Positions 27,434 through 36,715 of a stretch of DNA of 64,000 bases are shown piece after piece (the stretch's first letter is position 1; each line of letters starts with the position of its first letter). The stretch is from a virus, in the IMG/VR virus record IMGVR_UViG_3300033555_000005, positions 1,366-65,365 of that record. One strand, written 5' to 3'. A program made the translations under genes and the position numbers. The notes under the pieces were generated by a model. It had not been told where the DNA came from and did not search any database. It saw only the letters and a program-made list of their open reading frames with translations.

Positions 27434-28287
27434 CAGGAGAACTCTTCCGGTTGGCGTCCGCGGGGCCTAGCTGGTGGTTTACGCGGCGCAGCTGCTGCAG
27501 CCGGGGGCAGGTTCTGCCCGTTCTTCACGACACGACCGCGTTCCTGTGCACGCTGTAGCAGCGTGCCTCCCTTCGTGCCGAAGTCGTTGAAGCTGCGCCC
27601 GAGGTGCTGCGTGACCTGGAGCGTCACCGCTGCGCGCATCGGCACCATGCGGTCGCTGAAGGTGGAGTAGTCGACGGTCATCGACGTGATGGCTCCGATG
27701 AAGGTCAAGCCGACCTTGCCAGCACCACCGCCGAAGACGAAGTAGCAGGGAACGAGAGTCATCGGAGTGATGACGGCGTCGGCCGCGGGAGCGAAGTTGT
27801 CGCGCGCCTTGACCACGCTCTCGAGTGCAGCGATGTCGCGGTACACGCCGATGTCACGCAGGTCGGTCGGCCGCGTCTTGCCGGGGCCGTAGGCGACCTC
27901 GTACGTCCGGTCGAAAAGCAGGTTGAAAGCGAGCGTCGTCTGTCCGACGCCGATTGCCACCGCTGCCTGCTGCGCGGCAGTCTGCTCGCTCGGGTCGATG
28001 CCGCTCTCGATGGCCTGGTAGCCGACGCTCAGCGTCGTCGGGTTGAACATGAAGCGGCATGCGAACGGGTACTTCTGCGGACCCTGCACGTTGTCGTCAG
28101 TCTGCTGGATGATGCCCTGCTTCAGGGGGCTGTTCATCTTCGTCAAGATGCTGTTCAGACGAGGGTCGGCGGCTGGGTTGACGTACTGGTTGAGGTCGTT
28201 CGCGCTGAACTTCCCCTGCAGGCCGATCCCTCCCCTCTTCGTGACGGCGACCGTCCCTGGGTTGCCATCGAGGCCCTCGATGATCAT
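27433..28287 (-). CDS. tail tube initiator (T4 gp48/gp54-like)
   Basis: FMFNPTTLSVGY, LAFNLLFDRT, GAITSMTVDYSTFSDRMVPMRAAV; follows tape measure. Confidence 0.75.
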   Translation of the reverse strand: MIIEGLDGNPGTVAVTKRGGIGLQGKFSANDLNQYVNPAADPRLNSILTKMNSPLKQGIIQQTDDNVQGPQKYPFACRFMFNPTTLSVGYQAIESGIDPSEQTAAQQAAVAIGVGQTTLAFNLLFDRTYEVAYGPGKTRPTDLRDIGVYRDIAALESVVKARDNFAPAADAVITPMTLVPCYFVFGGGAGKVGLTFIGAITSMTVDYSTFSDRMVPMRAAVTLQVTQHLGRSFNDFGTKGGTLLQRAQERGRVVKNGQNLPPAAAAAPRKPPARPRGRQPEEFS

Positions 28288-31200
28288 GCGCCCGCTCCGA
28301 TCATGTCGAGCGTGCTGCCACGCTCGGCTTCTGCCTTGACCATCTCGAGGAAACCGCGAGCGTCTTGCTGCGTAGCCTTGCCGACAACCGTGACGGGCGC
28401 GGTGATGGACAGCGTGACGCTGCGCGAGACGCCGCCGCTGCTGGCCATCGGAGCGTCCATGGAGCCCGCTGCGGTGCGCGACTGCGCGATCATCGAGCGG
28501 AGCTTGCCGGCAGCCTTCTTCGGCACGACCATCTCGCCGGCGTGCAGTTGGGCCGTCTCGTCCTGGACGACGTCCCACGCGCCCTTCTGGTACCAGTTCT
28601 TGCGCTGGCTGTGCGCCCACGCCTTCGACGGGGTGCCGTACCGGCCGGCGATGTACTTCAGACCGACGTCGATCTGGGTGCCTGCGTCGCCGAGGTACGT
28701 CTTCGCTTCGGGGCTGGTCTTCCAGCCCTTGCCGTAGTGGGCAGACATCATCATCTGCGGGATGCCGCGGGCGCTTGACGTCGGGTTGACGGCGTCGGCC
28801 TTCCAGCCGCTCTCCTTCATCCAGAGCTTGTAGAGGCTGTCCCACTCGTTGTCGGTCCAGCCTCGAGCCGCGGCCTTCGCCTGGCCAAGAGCAGCTGCAC
28901 CTCCGGGGTTCGCCGGGGCTGCCGCCGCGGTGTCACTGCCGGCCGACACAGGGGCTGCGGGAGCCGCAGCGCCCCGCTCCGAGCTGATGCCTGCCACGGC
29001 TGCGCCGAGCTTCGCAGCCGCGCCCTGCAGCACTGCGCCGAGAGCTTCAGACTCGCTGGCGAAGCTGCCGCCGTTGTTCGCAGCTGCGATGGCCACAGGA
29101 GCCATCTGCGGTGATGCCCCAACGCCGTTGGCAGGATCCGTTGTCGACGCGCCGGCGAGGTCCATCGGGTTGACTGCCCCGCTGCGCATGCTCTTCGCAC
29201 CGACCGGCTCGACGTGCCACGGCTCGAAGCTCATCGGGTAGACGAGCCCGAACGCGCCGGGGTTCTTCCCACCCCAGTGCGGACCGTCGCTGGCCAGCCC
29301 GAAGTTGTGGTTGGAGCTGCCTGGCTTCGCAGCCTTGGCCTGACCCGGCACGCGCCGGATCCAGCGGTCGTACAGCCGCTCCTGCTCCTTGATGTTGCGG
29401 TAGCCCGAGCCAACGTTGTACGACGTGCCGACCGACGCCGACCACGCCTTGAGCCGGCGCATGAACTCGGGGTGCATGCCTTCGGTGTCACCGGTGACCT
29501 CGCCGCCCTTGGCGAAGCGCGAGCCGTCACCCTGACCGCCGAGCACCGTGCCGCTGAAGCCGAGCTTCTTCATGAGCGCCTGCGCGCCGCCGAATCGGCT
29601 GACGACCTCGAGCGGCACGACAACCTCCCCAGGCGTGGCGAGGATCGGCACGCTGTCCTGGGTGTGGTTGCCAGCGACGCGGCCGCCCTTGCGCATGCGG
29701 GGGACGCCACCGCTGGTGTCCTCGGCGCTGAAGAACGGCGCGGGCGGCGGTGCTCCGGGCGTCGAGGTGCTCGAGTTGGAGAGGGACTTCTGGCCGTTCG
29801 GGATGCCCTTCTCGCACAGCGGGCAGTCCCGCTTCGGCTCCCCGTGCTTGCTCTGGATGTGGTCGGCCGCGAGGCGGTCGTACTTGTAGCCGGTGCCGCG
29901 GTCGATGGCGTCACCCAGTCCTGGGATCTTGCCGAACATCTGGTGCGCCGTCAGCGACTTCCAGGTGTCGAAGCCGCGACCGCCGTCGCCGGCCTGCTCG
30001 GACCCGCGGGCCTTCATGCCGTCGTTCAGCTCGTCTTGCTCGCCCTCACGGAGACCAGCGACGATGGCAGACCCGCCGGCGGCCGCGCCGAGAGCGATGG
30101 CTCCAGCTGCCAGGCCGGCACCGCTGGCGGCGAAGCGTCCAGCTGCAGCTGCGCCGCGACCCAGTCCACGCCCTGCTCGCCCGAGTCGTCCACCACGACC
30201 GCGGCCAGGGCGAGGACGACCCCCGCGCCGGCGGCCGACGTCAGGGTCATCGTCGTCCCCGCCGCCACTGCCCCCGTCGCAGATGCAGTCTGGCCAGTTC
30301 GTCACGAAGACGCGCTGCTCACCGCCACCGAGGCCGCCACCGCCTCCGTCTCCGTCTCCGTCGCCACCGCCGCCTGCGCCGTTGCGCCGACGACGACGGC
30401 CAGCGAGCAGATCCTTGATCTGGGATCCCGCGAAGAGCGCACCTCCGACACCACCAGCTGCAGCGAGTCCGTTCATGATCGGGCTGCCGGCGGCGGCCGC
30501 GAAGCCCGCGCCGTTCAGCGGCAGACCCCCGAGCTTGTCGTTCAGGTCGATGAAGGACTGCGTCAGGTTCTCGGTCGTGTCGGCCAGCGTCTCGAAGCCG
30601 GCCATGATGCCGCCGCGAGCGGCCTCCCCTAGCTCGGTGGCGTTCTCGACGCTCTGCGCCGAGCTGCGGTTCTGCGAGCTGCGGATGTTGTCACGCAGGC
30701 CGGCCTGCTTCACCAGCGCGCGGTCCTCGGAGCTGACGTTCTGCCCGGCGTTCAGCTTCGCAGCTGCGCTGATGGCCCTCGTAGCTTGCGCCGCGTTGCC
30801 GCCGGCCGCCGTCGTGCCGCCCTTCGGCGTGACGTTGGCACGCGTGATGGCGTACTGCCGGAACTGCTCCTGCGCGTTCTGGTCTGGCAGCAGGTAGTCG
30901 AGCGACCGCTGCAGCGGTGAGCCAGGGACCATGCCCTCGGTGATCATCTGCGCTGTGAAGGGCTGTCCGCGGAAGACGGTCTGCAGCACCCGGTCGTAGA
31001 CCTGCGTCGGGTTCTGCATCGCGCCGCCGCGCCCGAGCGACCCCTGCCCGGTCGCGCCGCGCAGGCGGTTGCTCGAGGTGCCGGTGTAGAGGCTCGCTGC
31101 CGCCTGCGCGCTGCCACCGAGACCAAGGTCTGGGTTCAGCGCTGTCAGCTCTCCTGCCTGCCGCTGCACGCCCCCGCCGCGACCTGTGGTCAGGGTGCCG

Positions 31201-31841
31201 CCGGTGGCCCGCGTGAGTGTCTGGATGCCAGCCTGGCGATCCTCCAGAGACTGAGCACCACCGATGCCGGTGGCAGCCATCTGCTCGCGCAGGCGCTCGG
31301 CCCCGGAGTACCCACCACCAGTCGCCCGGCCGAGGTAGTTGGACTGCAGGTCGTTGTCGCTGAGGCCACCCATGCGGGGGCTGAAGTAGGCCGAGCTGGC
31401 CCCGACGACGGCTGCCGCTGCACCGCCGCCGTACTTCACCACCGACCGCCAGCTCATGCCGCCGCCTCCACCGCCGGCAGAGCCGCCTCCAGCAGGCGTG
31501 GGGGTGCCGTTGCCGTTGCCCCCGCCGTTGCCGGCCCCAGACGGCACCGAGGCCGGCGGGGCCGGCGGCATGTCGGGGTTGCGACCGCTGCCTGTCCCCG
31601 TGCCGCCGCCGCCGCCGGGGCTGCCGACGCTGCCCGTGAGCGCACCGAGCCGGCGCAGGTCGCCCTCGCGCCGCTTCAGGTCTTGAATGGCCTTGTCAAA
31701 GTTCTTGACGTCCTGCGTCAGACCCTGCCAGGTGCGCCGCAGCTCGCGCAGCGACGCGTCGTTGACGATGAAGGTCGCCGCGGTGGCCGAGCTGGTTCCG
31801 CTCCCGCCGCCGCCGGGTGCACCGGGTGTCGGCTCAGCCAC
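28284..31841 (-). CDS. tape measure protein with M15-type peptidase and lytic transglycosylase-like domains
   Basis: 1185 aa; SGYRNIKEQ...PGSSNHNFGLASD...EPWHVE (M15); WMKESGW...SARGIPQ...GLKYIAGRYG (SLT-like). Confidence 0.9.
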   Translation of the reverse strand: MAEPTPGAPGGGGSGTSSATAATFIVNDASLRELRRTWQGLTQDVKNFDKAIQDLKRREGDLRRLGALTGSVGSPGGGGGTGTGSGRNPDMPPAPPASVPSGAGNGGGNGNGTPTPAGGGSAGGGGGGMSWRSVVKYGGGAAAAVVGASSAYFSPRMGGLSDNDLQSNYLGRATGGGYSGAERLREQMAATGIGGAQSLEDRQAGIQTLTRATGGTLTTGRGGGVQRQAGELTALNPDLGLGGSAQAAASLYTGTSSNRLRGATGQGSLGRGGAMQNPTQVYDRVLQTVFRGQPFTAQMITEGMVPGSPLQRSLDYLLPDQNAQEQFRQYAITRANVTPKGGTTAAGGNAAQATRAISAAAKLNAGQNVSSEDRALVKQAGLRDNIRSSQNRSSAQSVENATELGEAARGGIMAGFETLADTTENLTQSFIDLNDKLGGLPLNGAGFAAAAGSPIMNGLAAAGGVGGALFAGSQIKDLLAGRRRRRNGAGGGGDGDGDGGGGGLGGGEQRVFVTNWPDCICDGGSGGGDDDDPDVGRRRGGRPRPGRGRGGRLGRAGRGLGRGAAAAGRFAASGAGLAAGAIALGAAAGGSAIVAGLREGEQDELNDGMKARGSEQAGDGGRGFDTWKSLTAHQMFGKIPGLGDAIDRGTGYKYDRLAADHIQSKHGEPKRDCPLCEKGIPNGQKSLSNSSTSTPGAPPPAPFFSAEDTSGGVPRMRKGGRVAGNHTQDSVPILATPGEVVVPLEVVSRFGGAQALMKKLGFSGTVLGGQGDGSRFAKGGEVTGDTEGMHPEFMRRLKAWSASVGTSYNVGSGYRNIKEQERLYDRWIRRVPGQAKAAKPGSSNHNFGLASDGPHWGGKNPGAFGLVYPMSFEPWHVEPVGAKSMRSGAVNPMDLAGASTTDPANGVGASPQMAPVAIAAANNGGSFASESEALGAVLQGAAAKLGAAVAGISSERGAAAPAAPVSAGSDTAAAAPANPGGAAALGQAKAAARGWTDNEWDSLYKLWMKESGWKADAVNPTSSARGIPQMMMSAHYGKGWKTSPEAKTYLGDAGTQIDVGLKYIAGRYGTPSKAWAHSQRKNWYQKGAWDVVQDETAQLHAGEMVVPKKAAGKLRSMIAQSRTAAGSMDAPMASSGGVSRSVTLSITAPVTVVGKATQQDARGFLEMVKAEAERGSTLDMIGAGA

Positions 31842-31908
31842 CGCAGGTCTCCTTCGTGAGGTATCGTTACAGGTGCAGCGTTGGTGTACTAACTAGGAGC
31901 TAAGACCC

Positions 31909-32055
31909 ATGATCGTGTTCGCCTTCATCGCCTGCTGGTTCGCTACTCGGTACGTCTGCGAGGGCAACATCATCGAGGGCTTCTTCGTCGGCATCGGCCT
32001 GCTGTTCCTCGCGTGGCTCGCGCTGGGCGCGGTCCTCGCTGTCCTGCCGGGCTAG
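31909..32055 (+). CDS. antisense 48-aa two-helix membrane peptide (moron-like)
   Basis: AGGAG RBS, MIVFAFIACWFATRYVCEGNIIEGFFVGIGLLFLAWLALGAVLAVLPG; upstream 14-mer shared with early promoter. Confidence 0.7.
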   Translation: MIVFAFIACWFATRYVCEGNIIEGFFVGIGLLFLAWLALGAVLAVLPG

Positions 32056-32174
32056 CGCCTGGTGCCCAGCTTCTGGGCGACGCGCCACCAGTAGTCACGC
32101 TCTCGGCGGGGTAGCTCGCGGACCTCGGTGAGCGTCCACGGGAAGGCCCTGCTGATGGCCTCGTACTCGACCAT
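32052..32174 (-). CDS. tail assembly chaperone extension (gpT-like), probably expressed by frameshift
   Basis: MVEYEAISRAFPWTLTEVRELPRRERDYWW; frame stays open back across the chaperone stop. Confidence 0.7.
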   Translation of the reverse strand: MVEYEAISRAFPWTLTEVRELPRRERDYWWRVAQKLGTRR

Positions 32175-32208
32175 GAGCGTCTGGTAGCTGGCGCGTCGCC
32201 CGTCCTCA

Positions 32209-33138
32209 TCAGTCGCCCCGAAACATGTCCCGCAGCGTCATGACGAGCGGGAACTCACGCGCGCAGTCCGCGCACTCCTGCTTCACGTCCCCGTACTGGG
32301 GACCAGGCTGCCGCTCGACGAGGAAGCGCAGCAGGTGCAGGCGGTCACGCATGGGCATGTCGAGCACGGGGCCAGGACCCCGCACAGGCTTGCCGTCGAG
32401 CGAGACGAGCAGCTCGGTGAGCAGGAGCGTGTTCAGCTCGCTCTCGGTCTTCTTGACGTTCTCGCTGGTGTACACGAGCTTCTGCGCCCGGCCGTCGACC
32501 AGACGCACCTCGCACACCGCCCCGCTGGGCAGGTCGACGTCGAAGAGCCGCTGGTTGCGGTCGTCGACGTCGTACTGCTTGAGCGGCACGTCGTTGCTGT
32601 AGGAGTAGTCGACCTCGAAGGCCGTCTCGCAGAACGGGCAGCGCACGTTGAGTCGCTGCGTGTCGCCGTACGCCATGCGCCTGATCTGCAGCACGAGCAG
32701 ATCGCGGTCGCCGATGAGCAGGGTGTCGAGAGCCTTGGTCAGCTCCTTCACGTCCTCGACCGGGCCGATGCTGACGACGCCGGCCTTCACGATGGCGTCG
32801 ATGTAGCGGCCCATGTCGCCGGTGGCGAAGGCCCGCTCGAGCTGCTCCTCGTCACGGCCGCGCAGCTCACGCACCGTGCACTCGGTCCAGCGGTTGCTGT
32901 CGGCGTCGACGAAGCCGGCAAGCAGGCGAGCAGAGCCGTCAGGCGGCCCCTCGATGAGGATGTCGTCCTCGTCGTCGCCGAGCACGGAGGCAGTGATGGC
33001 GTTGAACCCGTCCGGGTTCGTCTCCGGGTCGGGTAGCTGCTGCTGCTCCCGGCCAGGCACCGGAAGCGAATCCAGTGCCGGGTCCAGGGGCACCTCCGCG
33101 CCACCGTTGTCGAAGTCCAACGCCATCCCTGCCGTCAT
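32209..33138 (-). CDS. tail assembly chaperone (T4 gp26-like hub chaperone family)
   Basis: VRELRGRDEE, LLIGDRDLLVLQIRRMAYG, RCPFC, CADC; between tube and TMP. Confidence 0.82.
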   Translation of the reverse strand: MTAGMALDFDNGGAEVPLDPALDSLPVPGREQQQLPDPETNPDGFNAITASVLGDDEDDILIEGPPDGSARLLAGFVDADSNRWTECTVRELRGRDEEQLERAFATGDMGRYIDAIVKAGVVSIGPVEDVKELTKALDTLLIGDRDLLVLQIRRMAYGDTQRLNVRCPFCETAFEVDYSYSNDVPLKQYDVDDRNQRLFDVDLPSGAVCEVRLVDGRAQKLVYTSENVKKTESELNTLLLTELLVSLDGKPVRGPGPVLDMPMRDRLHLLRFLVERQPGPQYGDVKQECADCAREFPLVMTLRDMFRGD

Positions 33139-33183
33139 TCCGTGCTCCCTGTTGTGAGGTCGTGCCCGAGTGGTGAAGTGCGC

Positions 33184-33765
33184 CTAGTAGTTCTTGCTGC
33201 CCGCGACGTCGCTGTTGCCGTTGTCGTTGGCGTACACGAGGCCGAAGCCCTCGTGCTGCAGCACCATGGACTCCATGATGAGACCGTTGCCGCCAGCGTC
33301 GAGGTCGCTGTACGCCAGGCTCTGCGGCCAGGCGTTGTAGATGTGGTACTTCGCCTTGACCGGCACCGACGTGCTGCGGGTCCACGGGTGGGCCAGCACG
33401 TAGATGTCGATGTCCGCGCGGAAGTCGGTCGGCGCAGCACCACGGGTCGGGCCTCGACCAGAGATGACGCTGAAGATCGACTTGTACCACTCGTACTGGT
33501 CGCCGAAGCCGACCATCATCCCGCGGCTCAGGGTGAGCGGCGGGAAGTTGCTCTGGCCGGGCATCTTCTGGGTGGTGGTGTTGAAGCCACCCTGGCGGTA
33601 GGCGATCAGGTCGGTCTCGACCGACAGACCTCCGACCGTCATGAACCCGAGCCGGGCGGCCATGTTGCCCTTGCTCGTCTGGTAGTTGATGTTGACCTGG
33701 AAGCGGAAGTTGCGCAGCGGGTCGGTCTTCACCGACGACCGGCTGTCCTTCACGATGGCGGGCAT
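33184..33765 (-). CDS. tail tube protein (T4 gp19-like)
   Basis: DPLRNFRFQV, YRQGG...KMPGQSNFPPLTLSRG, IYNAWPQSLAYSDLDAG...ESMVLQHEGF. Confidence 0.93.
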   Translation of the reverse strand: MPAIVKDSRSSVKTDPLRNFRFQVNINYQTSKGNMAARLGFMTVGGLSVETDLIAYRQGGFNTTTQKMPGQSNFPPLTLSRGMMVGFGDQYEWYKSIFSVISGRGPTRGAAPTDFRADIDIYVLAHPWTRSTSVPVKAKYHIYNAWPQSLAYSDLDAGGNGLIMESMVLQHEGFGLVYANDNGNSDVAGSKNY

Positions 33766-33806
33766 GCTGACTCTCTCTTCTCGTGGAGTGGTTGGTAGCC
33801 GGTCGA

Positions 33807-35402
33807 CTACGCGGCGTTCTCGGCCACGTTGGCCGAGCCGCCCTCGAACTGGGCGATGGTGAGGACGACGAACTCGGCAGGACGCTGAAGCGACAGACCG
33901 ACCTCGATGTTGACCTGGCCGGCCTGCACCTGCGCCAGGGTGTTGTTGTCGCCGTCGCACTTGACGTAGTACGCCTGGTCCGGCGTTGCGCCCTTGAGGC
34001 CGCCAGCGACGAACAGCTCGCGCAGCACCTTGTCGGCTGCGTCCTCCATCGCGCCCCAGAGGAACTGGTCGTTGTTCTCGAACGGCACGAAGGCCAGCAC
34101 GTTCAGCAGGTCCGCGCGGACGCTGATGATGGTGCGTCGAGCCGACACGTACCGGGTGACGAAGTCACGCCGCAGCGTGCGCGCGCCGAAGATGGTCGCA
34201 CCGCGGTTCGGGATGATCTTCACAGCGTTGACGTTCGCCAGGTTGAGGCGGTCGAGCTGCGGGTTCTTCAGCGTCGCCTTCGGGTCGAGTGCGAGCACGC
34301 CGGCGAGCTGACCGTCGACGATGCCGGCAGGCGACTTGAAGGAACCGCGCGTCGAGTCGGTCGCGATGAACCTTCCGACGACGGACGGACCGACCGGCAC
34401 CAGCTTCGTGCTGCCGGGCACCGCGTTCGCCGGGTCAGAGACGACGATGGGCGGGTAGTAGACCGCCAGGTGGTCGCTCTTCGGGTAGGTGCTGGAGAGC
34501 GAGATGGCCGCGTCAGCGTCGTCACCGAACTTCGTGTCAACGACGACGAAGACGTCACCACGACCCGGCTCGGGGATGTCCTGCCGCGTCCTCGCAGCGT
34601 CCGCGTAGTCGGCGAACGCGGTGATCAGGACAGCCTTCGTGACACCGGGGACGTTGAGCACGAAGGGCTGCGTGATGATGTCGCAGGAGTAGACGGCGTT
34701 GAGGATCGACGTGTCGCTGATGGCCGCGCCGTCGTCGCCGCCGATCAGCTTGCTGCCTCCGACGACCGTGCTTGCGGCCAGCGTGTGTCCGGCGGTGTAG
34801 ACGTAGCCAGCGAACAGCGTCGCGTCGACGAAGGCCGAACCGGTCTCGACGTTGTTGAGCAGTCCGAGCGCGTTGCGCGCGTCCTGCGGGTTCAACGACA
34901 GGTCGGTCCAGCGCTCGACGATGTGCGACGCCCCAGGCGTCTGGCCGACCGGCACGAGCCGGACGACGAGGCTGAAGCGACCGGCCTCGCTGCCGTTGAG
35001 CACCTCGATGAAGAGGGTGTTACCCCAGGTGCCGACGTTGTCCGCGGTGAGCGTCAGCGCGTTGGCACCAGGCGTCACGCCGGCATCAGGGCTGACGAGC
35101 CGGAAGGTGAGGCTCGCTGCGACCGCACCGGTGCCGACCGGACGAGCCGCGAAGACGGTGCGGCCGCCGTTGATGAACTGGTCGTACAGGGCCTGCAGCA
35201 GCTGGTCCTCGGCAATAATGCCGGTGAAGTTGCCGAACGCCTTCGTGACCTCGGACCAGCTGGTGAAGCGCCGGGGGATGGTCGGACCCCGCCGCGCCGG
35301 CGCGATGATGGCCGCGACCGCGACAGTCGAGTTGACGGGCGTCTGCTCGCGCAGCAGCACCTCGTTGACGTACGTGCCGGGGCGGGCGTACGGGGTGGTC
35401 AT
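33807..35402 (-). CDS. tail sheath protein
   Basis: YARPGTYVNE, TIPRRFTSWSE, KSPAGI, LNLANVNAV...GARTL..FVTRYVSARR, FVPFENNDQFLW, RPAEFVVLTI. Confidence 0.95.
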   Translation of the reverse strand: MTTPYARPGTYVNEVLLREQTPVNSTVAVAAIIAPARRGPTIPRRFTSWSEVTKAFGNFTGIIAEDQLLQALYDQFINGGRTVFAARPVGTGAVAASLTFRLVSPDAGVTPGANALTLTADNVGTWGNTLFIEVLNGSEAGRFSLVVRLVPVGQTPGASHIVERWTDLSLNPQDARNALGLLNNVETGSAFVDATLFAGYVYTAGHTLAASTVVGGSKLIGGDDGAAISDTSILNAVYSCDIITQPFVLNVPGVTKAVLITAFADYADAARTRQDIPEPGRGDVFVVVDTKFGDDADAAISLSSTYPKSDHLAVYYPPIVVSDPANAVPGSTKLVPVGPSVVGRFIATDSTRGSFKSPAGIVDGQLAGVLALDPKATLKNPQLDRLNLANVNAVKIIPNRGATIFGARTLRRDFVTRYVSARRTIISVRADLLNVLAFVPFENNDQFLWGAMEDAADKVLRELFVAGGLKGATPDQAYYVKCDGDNNTLAQVQAGQVNIEVGLSLQRPAEFVVLTIAQFEGGSANVAENAA

Positions 35403-35451
35403 CGTGTTGTTCTCCTTCAGAGTCGAGCTACGGGGTGGGTCCGAGTACGAG

Positions 35452-36213
35452 CTACCGAGTGGTGTCCAACTCGATGACCGCCAGGTCGAAGCGGTTCACC
35501 GCTGCCAGCGCTGCCATGTCGGACTCGAAGAGTTCCGACTGGACGCCGACCGTGTACATCTTGCGGAACACGCGCTTTCCTTCTTCATCGCGCGTGTCCC
35601 CCGGTGTGGGACCGGAGAGCAAGTCCATTCGGCGCAGCGACAGGTCATCCGGGGCGTCCACCGTCGCGACCATCTCGAGGTAGCCGAAGCGCGGCGAGAG
35701 CCGGTTCGACATGAGGGTCGTCATGATCTGGCGGTCGTGCCGGTTGTACCTGGCAAACTGCGTGATCTGGTACTCGAGACGGAACGGGATCGGTAGCTCG
35801 ACGCGGCCGCCGGCGGCCGGCATGCCAGGGGGCGTGTAGGCGTTGGAGGTGTCCGCGCCGCCGTACGTCGCGAAGCCGCGGTGCTCGCGCTCGCGGTCGC
35901 GGACGGCTCCGAGGAAGTCGATGGTGATGTACGGGTAGGTGCGTCGGCGCACCTCGTTCTCGGGCAGCCGGAAGTAGACCGGGACTGCTCGCTTCTTCGC
36001 GTTGGGTCCGACCGCCGGCGGGCCGTCGTTGTGGTCGGCGTCCTGGCCGCCGTCCGGGTCCGGCCCGCGGTCGTCGACCGCGACGAACACCTGCACGCCT
36101 GAGAGCTTGCGCTTCAGCGCCGCGTCCTCACGGGTGATCCAGCCGTCGTTCAACTCCTCGGAGCTGATGAGGGCCTGTCCTGGTACACCGACGCCGATGG
36201 GCACTACCGGCAC
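35452..36213 (-). CDS. tail completion/sheath terminator-like protein
   Basis: synteny upstream of sheath; RRTYPYITID, LEYQIT..ARYNRHDRQI. Confidence 0.65.
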   Translation of the reverse strand: MPVVPIGVGVPGQALISSEELNDGWITREDAALKRKLSGVQVFVAVDDRGPDPDGGQDADHNDGPPAVGPNAKKRAVPVYFRLPENEVRRRTYPYITIDFLGAVRDREREHRGFATYGGADTSNAYTPPGMPAAGGRVELPIPFRLEYQITQFARYNRHDRQIMTTLMSNRLSPRFGYLEMVATVDAPDDLSLRRMDLLSGPTPGDTRDEEGKRVFRKMYTVGVQSELFESDMAALAAVNRFDLAVIELDTTR

Positions 36214-36626
36214 CTCCGGTTCAGCTCGCGCGTCAGCCCTGCGGACCAGTGCTGGATGACTTCAGGGCCGCGCTGGGAGACGGTGCTGCGGACCCAGGCG
36301 CGCGGCGAGGTGTCCAGGCCGCCCCACTCCAGCTCCTCGGCAAGGTCGGCCTGCTCCGAGTCTCCGCTGACGCCGACGATGACGTCTCCGCGGCCGGCCC
36401 GCTCGCGCATGACGAGGCCGTTCAGGTGTCCGTCGTGCACGCGCACCTCTCGGGCGACCTGCGCGCCGCCGGGAGCTGACCGAACCGCAGCGCGTAGCGG
36501 AGTGACCAGCGTGCCAGCCGTCTTCACCGCGGTGCGCCGCGCGACGTCACCGATGTCGCAGGCTTCCATGCGACTCGCGAGACGCGTCATCCGAGGTGAG
36601 CTGATGATGGACATGCGCGCGCTCAC
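36204..36626 (-). CDS. neck/tail-completion protein
   Basis: coupled to downstream gene; ELEWG motif; synteny. Confidence 0.55.
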   Translation of the reverse strand: MSARMSIISSPRMTRLASRMEACDIGDVARRTAVKTAGTLVTPLRAAVRSAPGGAQVAREVRVHDGHLNGLVMRERAGRGDVIVGVSGDSEQADLAEELEWGGLDTSPRAWVRSTVSQRGPEVIQHWSAGLTRELNRRCR

Positions 36627-36715
36627 CTCTCTGCGACGACGTGCTGCGGGTCCTTGCTGCGTGGGTCTTGCTGCACGCGCAAGGTACGACCGCCGCGCGG
36701 GTCGTTCGCGGAGAG

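Noticed and set aside
22800-35402. Extracellular contractile injection system (eCIS/tailocin)
   Set aside because: Sheath, tube and baseplate resemble eCIS, but terminase, portal, scaffold, capsid and replication genes are present, so this is a phage
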